DNA of 64,000 bases. Source: Candidatus Heimdallarchaeota archaeon (GTDB lineage: Archaea > Asgardarchaeota > Heimdallarchaeia > Heimdallarchaeales > Heimdallarchaeaceae). Shown in pieces: positions 58,779-64,000 of the stretch (positions are counted from its first letter, which is position 1; every line of letters starts with the position of its first letter). The stretch covers positions 32,001 to 96,000 of the forward strand of contig JAHLWR010000009.1 of NCBI GenBank assembly GCA_019057815.1, read 5' to 3'. The position numbers and the translations under genes are program-made. The notes beneath the pieces were generated by a model. The model was not told the DNA's origin. It did not search any database and was given only the letters and a program-made list of their open reading frames with translations.

Positions 58779-59606
58779 TTACCTAGGAAATTCTTTTTCT
58801 ATTTCTTTTAAACAAGATTTAAGGACTTTGTATCCTAATATCAATAATTCACGTAGAGTATTAGATACCTTAAAACCTTCAAAAAAGGCTTTCCATCCTG
58901 TTTTATAGTATGAAGTGTAAAGGTTACAGATATAGCTAAAATCCTTTTTTTCCAGTTCTTCACATATTTTTGTTCTATTAAATGTCCAAACGTCTAATGG
59001 AGAATCATTGAATTGTGTTAATAATCTTACTGGAGTTGGAGAAATTCTCCAGCTCATTCTGCGAACAAGCGTCCAAAGATCTAATCCACTTCTATCTATA
59101 GCACTCATTGGAAGTGTCGATAGATGAGTCTTAAGTTCTAAAATATTATTATTATCTATTGTTCGTATTTCTGAATCAGATTGGATGGGATTCTGTTTAG
59201 GTTTACCAATTAATATTACAACATCCTTTATCCGTGGGTAAACGAAGAACTCTTCATTTTCTAGTTGGTTTAGATTCACAATCTGAGTTCTAGGAACATG
59301 CAAATATTCTCTGTTTTTGGAGCAAAACTGCTCTTCATACTTTCTTGAAATTTCCATTGATTCAAAGAAGGCATCTTCTTGATTAGTAAAAAACGATTCA
59401 CCATCATGTAATTTTACGTGAATATCTAGATCGCCAAGTATTGGAACATAATCAATAATACTATCCCATTCTTTTACTGCTGAACCTTTGCAATAAACAT
59501 AATCTACTTTTTCCTTATAACAATCATTAAAAATCCCCGCCCATATATCTAGACTTGATTTCACGTCTTGCTTCGCTTGGGAAAGAAATTCTGAATAATC
59601 CACCAT
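58779..59606 (-). CDS. Pol-beta-like nucleotidyltransferase-fold protein
   Basis: VYCKGS...GDLDIHV (GS...DxD). Start 59606 likely (ORF track gives 59645). Confidence 0.55.
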   Translation of the reverse strand: MVDYSEFLSQAKQDVKSSLDIWAGIFNDCYKEKVDYVYCKGSAVKEWDSIIDYVPILGDLDIHVKLHDGESFFTNQEDAFFESMEISRKYEEQFCSKNREYLHVPRTQIVNLNQLENEEFFVYPRIKDVVILIGKPKQNPIQSDSEIRTIDNNNILELKTHLSTLPMSAIDRSGLDLWTLVRRMSWRISPTPVRLLTQFNDSPLDVWTFNRTKICEELEKKDFSYICNLYTSYYKTGWKAFFEGFKVSNTLRELLILGYKVLKSCLKEIEKEFPR

Positions 59607-59654
59607 TATTTGTTCTATCGTAAAGGTCTTTAAAACATATTTCATTTAAGATAG

Positions 59655-59675
59655 AAGGTCAACAGATAGTTCTAT
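59655..59675. repeat. 21-bp dispersed exact repeat, copy 2
   Basis: Identical to 42974-42994. Confidence 0.85.
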
Positions 59676-59699
59676 GAGGGATTCCTTTAGTGGATTTCT

Positions 59700-60053
59700 C
59701 TATTTTTTATATCGCCATATATTTCTTTCCAACATTGTTATTTTTTTTATTATATCAGATTCTTTAGTAGTTTTTAAAAAATTCAATAGGGATTCCCCAG
59801 ATACTTGATCAGTTGCAGGATGTATATCAATGATTATTATTCCATGATTATCTTTAATTGCAGGCGTTAAGAACTCCTTATCATGAGTTATTAAAATCCA
59901 TTTCTTTTCCTTACATAATACAATTAATGTGCCATTATCGATACCAAGAAGATTTTCTGTTCTCACAGACTTAACCAAAAAATCTGCGAGCTTTAACCTC
60001 CTAAATGTCTTCATAGAAACATTCTCGTCAAGAAGATACTCCAGTTTCGACAA
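59700..60053 (-). CDS. DUF5615 PIN-like toxin
   Basis: YLLDENVS, GIDN, ILITHDKEF, HGII; overlaps the DUF433 gene. Confidence 0.8.
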   Translation of the reverse strand: MSKLEYLLDENVSMKTFRRLKLADFLVKSVRTENLLGIDNGTLIVLCKEKKWILITHDKEFLTPAIKDNHGIIIIDIHPATDQVSGESLLNFLKTTKESDIIKKITMLERNIWRYKK

Positions 60054-60270
60054 TTGGTGTTATCTCCTCGTTATTAATTATTGTTCTTGCAAATCTTAAA
60101 CATGATTTTATATCATCAGTTGATAATTGTGGGTATTCATGTAGTATATCTTCAAAGGAGAGGTCATGCTCTAACATTTCAAGAATTAGATACACAAGAA
60201 TTCTTGTACCTTTGATACAAGGTTTTCCATGACATATATCTGGATGGATAGAGATTCGTGGTTCACTCAT
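60028..60270 (-). CDS. DUF433 antitoxin
   Basis: PDICHGKPCIKGTRI...EYPQLSTDDI. Confidence 0.9.
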   Translation of the reverse strand: MSEPRISIHPDICHGKPCIKGTRILVYLILEMLEHDLSFEDILHEYPQLSTDDIKSCLRFARTIINNEEITPIVETGVSS

Positions 60271-60404
60271 ATTTTGTCACTGGTTATATCATAAAATCTA
60301 TTTACTACTTCTTAAACTTACCCTAATCTAACTAGCAATAGGCAAAAATCAAGTGATTAGAAAGCAAAGTTGATAATCTGTTTAGAGATATAATAAATAG
60401 AAAA

Positions 60405-61337
60405 ATGAAATATATTTTTGGTCCAGTTCCTTCACGAAGATTAGGACGATCTTTAGGTATTAGTCCCATCCCTCCTAAAACATGTAATTTTTCTTGTGTT
60501 TATTGTCAATTAGGAAGAACTTCGAACTTTACAAATACAAGAGAAATGTTTTATCCTCCTGAAGAACTATTAGAAGAAGCAAAAGAAGCGTTAAAACAAG
60601 ATAAGGAAATAGACTTTATAACTATTGTAGGCGATGGAGAACCCACACTTTATGCAGGTTTAGGAGAGCTGATAATAGGTATTAAAAAAATAACCTCTAT
60701 TCCAATTGCAGTTATTACAAATGGAGCTCTTCTATACAGAAAGGATGTCAGAACAGATCTACTAAAAGCTGATGTGGTTCTACCAACATTAGATGCTCCA
60801 AATCAACAGTTATTTAAGATTATTAACAGACCTAGAAAGGAATTAGATTTAAACAAAATTATCGAAGGTATGAGGTCATTCAAGGAAGAATATACTAATC
60901 AATTATGGTTAGAAGTAATGATAGTTAAAGATAAAAACGATAATCCTGAAATATTAACACAAATAAAGAAGATAATAGATAAAATCGGTTTTGACAAAGT
61001 ATTCATCAATGCTCCTATCCGTCCTCCTGCTGAAAAATGGGTAGAGATTCCTTCCTTGGAAAATCTTCAAAACGCAAAGGAGATCTTAGAAGCTGAAGAT
61101 ATTTCACATTATGAAGAAGTATTAATTGAAAATGTAGACAAAAAGTCTGATTCGGAACAGAGAATAATAGAAATAACACAAAGGCATCCCTTACGTGAAG
61201 AACAAGTTTATTCATTGTTTCCAGAACTAAATAAAAAAGAAATAGATAGGATTCTTAACAAAATGGAAGAAAAAGGAATAATCTACTCAGTTGTGTATAA
61301 TGAAAAAATATTCTGGAAGATTTCAAAAAACCGATAA
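60405..61337 (+). CDS. Radical SAM Fe-S oxidoreductase (COG0731-like)
   Basis: FGPVPSRRLGRSLG, CNFSCVYC, GDGEPTL. Confidence 0.88.
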   Translation: MKYIFGPVPSRRLGRSLGISPIPPKTCNFSCVYCQLGRTSNFTNTREMFYPPEELLEEAKEALKQDKEIDFITIVGDGEPTLYAGLGELIIGIKKITSIPIAVITNGALLYRKDVRTDLLKADVVLPTLDAPNQQLFKIINRPRKELDLNKIIEGMRSFKEEYTNQLWLEVMIVKDKNDNPEILTQIKKIIDKIGFDKVFINAPIRPPAEKWVEIPSLENLQNAKEILEAEDISHYEEVLIENVDKKSDSEQRIIEITQRHPLREEQVYSLFPELNKKEIDRILNKMEEKGIIYSVVYNEKIFWKISKNR

Positions 61338-61371
61338 AATATTTATAACTCTCATAAAGTGGTGAAACAGC

Positions 61372-62220
61372 TTGAAAAGTGATATAAGATGTATACAATG
61401 TATAAATAGAGCTGCAAAAAGAGCTTTAACGTTTCAATCTTTACCTATTGAAAAAATAGAAGACACAATGAAGCTTATTCAACAATACCTTGAGAATGTT
61501 GATAAGAATCTCACGCCAATGCATATTAGTTTCGGTGTATTTGAGATAATTCGTAAAGAAACAGGTATCCATGATGTACTAAAAGAAAAAAAGGATGAAG
61601 CGAATAAAAGTGCTTTACTTCTAAATGATTATGTTGCGAAAATTATCAAAGAAAGCAATGATTCATTGTATGTTTCAATCAAAGTTGCAATTGCTGGTAA
61701 CATCAGTGACTATGGAATAAGTGAAAATTATAATCTATCTAAAACTGTGAATGAGGTTTTACAAAAAGAACCTGTAATAAATGATTATCATTTTTTGAAA
61801 CAAAAGCTCTCCAAATCAAAAAAAATAACTATATTAGCAGACAATGCAGGAGAGATAATTTTTGATCTGCTTATGATAAAGGAAATTAACAGATTGTACC
61901 AAATCAACAGAATAGATCTAATTGTAAAAAAATATCCCTTCTCAAATGATATTTGTAAAGATGATATCAATAATATTAATTTTGAAGGAATAGATAATTT
62001 AACAGTTTTAGCTATCGATAACAGATTAAATGTTGATTACATTCAAGAAGTAAAAAGTACAATCAAAGGCAGTAATATTATCATTTGCAAAGGACAAGGT
62101 AATTTCGAGCTTCTTTATGATGAAAATTTGAAGCTCTTTTTCTTATTTATTGTTAAGTGTAAAACTGTTTCTAATATTCTTTCGGTTGAGAAAGGTGAAA
62201 TTATCTTATCATATAAATAG
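61372..62220 (+). CDS. DUF89/ARMT1-like damage-control phosphatase
   Basis: CIQC, IAGNISD, DNAGEIIFD, KGQGNFE, VKC. Confidence 0.88.
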   Translation: MKSDIRCIQCINRAAKRALTFQSLPIEKIEDTMKLIQQYLENVDKNLTPMHISFGVFEIIRKETGIHDVLKEKKDEANKSALLLNDYVAKIIKESNDSLYVSIKVAIAGNISDYGISENYNLSKTVNEVLQKEPVINDYHFLKQKLSKSKKITILADNAGEIIFDLLMIKEINRLYQINRIDLIVKKYPFSNDICKDDINNINFEGIDNLTVLAIDNRLNVDYIQEVKSTIKGSNIIICKGQGNFELLYDENLKLFFLFIVKCKTVSNILSVEKGEIILSYK

Positions 62221-62290
62221 GAATTTTCATTAATAAAAACAGCTTTTTAAATGTTTAAGAAAATAGAAGGATAGAAGATTTTGGAATGAG

Positions 62291-63607
62291 ATGGCCATGA
62301 GTTTCGAACGTGATAAAGGTGATGACTTTTTTACGAAATTCGATTTCAAAAGAGCTTTTCATTCCTACTTGAAAGCCAGAGTAAAATTTTACTCTCTAGG
62401 CAAAGATGATGAATTGAGAGCAATTAACATCAAAATATCTAGATGTTTAGCTCTACTTGGAAGGAAAGCTGAAGCACTAGACATACTCGAAGAGATTATT
62501 GAGCAGACCAAGGAGCGAGTATTGTTTGAAGAGCATTTTGAAACTCTTCTAGAACTAGCATCAACAAATTTCTCTTACGGTTGTTATGTTGAAGGTTCAA
62601 AACATCTAAACCAAGTTGAAGAAGAAGTTGTATCAGAATCTAATCCCAAAATATTCTTCCGTTATTGGCAAGCTAAAGCTCAATTAATGGTTGTTTATCA
62701 TGATCTCCCAGAAGCTAGAAAGCTCGTTGATTTTTTGATGGAAAAAGCAAAAAAAATGGGTAATGATCCTTATTATTACGAACTTCAAGTTCTTCAAGCG
62801 CAAATTGATGCTGAAGAAGGTGATGTACTAACAGCTTACACAAATATTGAGGAGGCTTACAAATTTTTCCTATCCACTCCTTTTGAAAGAGCAGCATTTG
62901 AAAAAAAGATTATACTCTCACAATTTGTAGAAGAACCTGATGAAACCATTAGATTAATCGACGAGTATCTTGAAAGATATTCACCTGATGATATTCATCC
63001 TATACTCTTTTCAGCTCAAAGGATTGAATTAGAATTACGTTCAGATAAGATTACACCAAAGATGGCTACAGAAAAAGCTGAAAGAGCTCTTTATTCTGCA
63101 CTTAGTATAGAACATCTTGATCTTTCTGCTAAAATCCAGAGATTACTTGCAGGATTGTATCAAACAATCGGAAAAAACAAAGAAGCTTTCAACTCTTTTG
63201 AGAAAGCTCAGAATTACTTCATTTCTCAGAATATGGAGTACGAAGAAGCAGTAACTTTTTTTGTTTTTCTACCAGCTTTTCTCCATTATTTCTCTACAAG
63301 AGCCTTTGGAGGAAGTTTTCATTTTTATGGTGCTGTCAAATTACCTGAAGCCATAGAAGGTCTAGACATATTCAAAGAAATGCTGAGGATAGAAAAATTG
63401 TTTGAGAAATACAACGATCCAGTTAGAGCAAAGATGACTAAATTCTTTTCGATTTCTCACAAAATATCTCAACAAATAATAGAAAAAGATATAGAAAAAT
63501 CAATCAATGAAATGGAAGAGCTTTATCAATGGATGCTAGATAGAGGAGAGTTGCACTATTCTGAAATGATAGGAAAATACCTAGAACTAATCAGTCTACA
63601 TAAATAG
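62291..63607 (+). CDS. Alpha-solenoid/TPR-like hypothetical protein
   Basis: Repeating amphipathic helices, e.g. LAGLYQTIGKNKEAFNSFEKA. Confidence 0.65.
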   Translation: MAMSFERDKGDDFFTKFDFKRAFHSYLKARVKFYSLGKDDELRAINIKISRCLALLGRKAEALDILEEIIEQTKERVLFEEHFETLLELASTNFSYGCYVEGSKHLNQVEEEVVSESNPKIFFRYWQAKAQLMVVYHDLPEARKLVDFLMEKAKKMGNDPYYYELQVLQAQIDAEEGDVLTAYTNIEEAYKFFLSTPFERAAFEKKIILSQFVEEPDETIRLIDEYLERYSPDDIHPILFSAQRIELELRSDKITPKMATEKAERALYSALSIEHLDLSAKIQRLLAGLYQTIGKNKEAFNSFEKAQNYFISQNMEYEEAVTFFVFLPAFLHYFSTRAFGGSFHFYGAVKLPEAIEGLDIFKEMLRIEKLFEKYNDPVRAKMTKFFSISHKISQQIIEKDIEKSINEMEELYQWMLDRGELHYSEMIGKYLELISLHK

Positions 63608-63615
63608 GTCTTGCT

Positions 63616-64000
63616 ATGAAATATCACAACCCTAATGATAGAATCCGAATTTACAAGCCTTTATACAAATTTCTCAGTATTTTAAATGATGACTTAGAGT
63701 ATGAAATTGAAGAAGGTAAGTACGATTTCATCATCTTGGATTCTCCAACTACTCATACAAAAAAATCCATCTTAGAAGCTATGCCTTGCCCTATTAAGAG
63801 ATTTATAACTATAGCACTGACAGCAAAGAAGATGGTAGAAGAAAATGAGGTTGACGAGAGAAACATTTTATTTTCACTATCAAAAGTTCCATACTATCTC
63901 TTTCCTGAGTTTAATGAAGAAAATGCAGAACTTTATTCTCAAGCAGAAGCAGAGGAGGCAGAAGAGTTTCTGAATAATTTCTTGAAAATTCTTCCTCAAT
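63616..64000 (+). CDS. Hypothetical protein, 3'-truncated by window edge
   Basis: ATG at 63616 (MKYHNPNDRIRIYK...) is open to the window end; absent from the ORF track because there is no stop. Confidence 0.65.
   Translation, partial: MKYHNPNDRIRIYKPLYKFLSILNDDLEYEIEEGKYDFIILDSPTTHTKKSILEAMPCPIKRFITIALTAKKMVEENEVDERNILFSLSKVPYYLFPEFNEENAELYSQAEAEEAEEFLNNFLKILPQ

Noticed and set aside
47186-60340. Recurrent ACTAGCAA in intergenic regions (near 47188, 51173, 60331)
   Set aside because: Too short, CTAG is common here, and there is no extended similarity or fixed spacing.

Overview
AT-rich archaeal chromosomal segment, most likely from an Asgard (Heimdallarchaeia-like) archaeon. This is inferred from an archaeal TBP, a TrmB regulator, a group 3b [NiFe]-hydrogenase operon, a two-domain gelsolin, a PARP-type zinc finger and a NIPA-like transporter. 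Most of the window is metabolic and transport genes, and I saw no rRNA, tRNA or CRISPR array. Two regions stand out. (1) 36195-37970 holds a transposase-less TnpB with a Fanzor-type rearranged RuvC site, split by a 1-nt frameshift in an A7 run. It has a structured omega-RNA-like 3' region and is enclosed by a 23-bp inverted repeat. That repeat can be read as TIRs, as a self-promoter-targeting guide, or as a palindromic target site. (2) 5478-9881 contains the junction of two convergent host genes (PARP-ZnF gene and lactate permease) three times, with an attL/attP/attR-like mosaic pattern. These copies bracket two integrase-less cassettes that carry beta-helix surface proteins, a TBP, a GC-rich structured element and a diverged fragment of the nearby MMPL gene. 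Also notable are a 1399-aa PlsA (plasmalogen synthase)-like protein, a putative lipid head-group cluster, a threonine-synthase pseudoenzyme fused to a wHTH, and an exact 21-bp motif upstream of two distant small-molecule-modifying enzyme genes. All functional calls come from motif recognition by eye; no searches were run.
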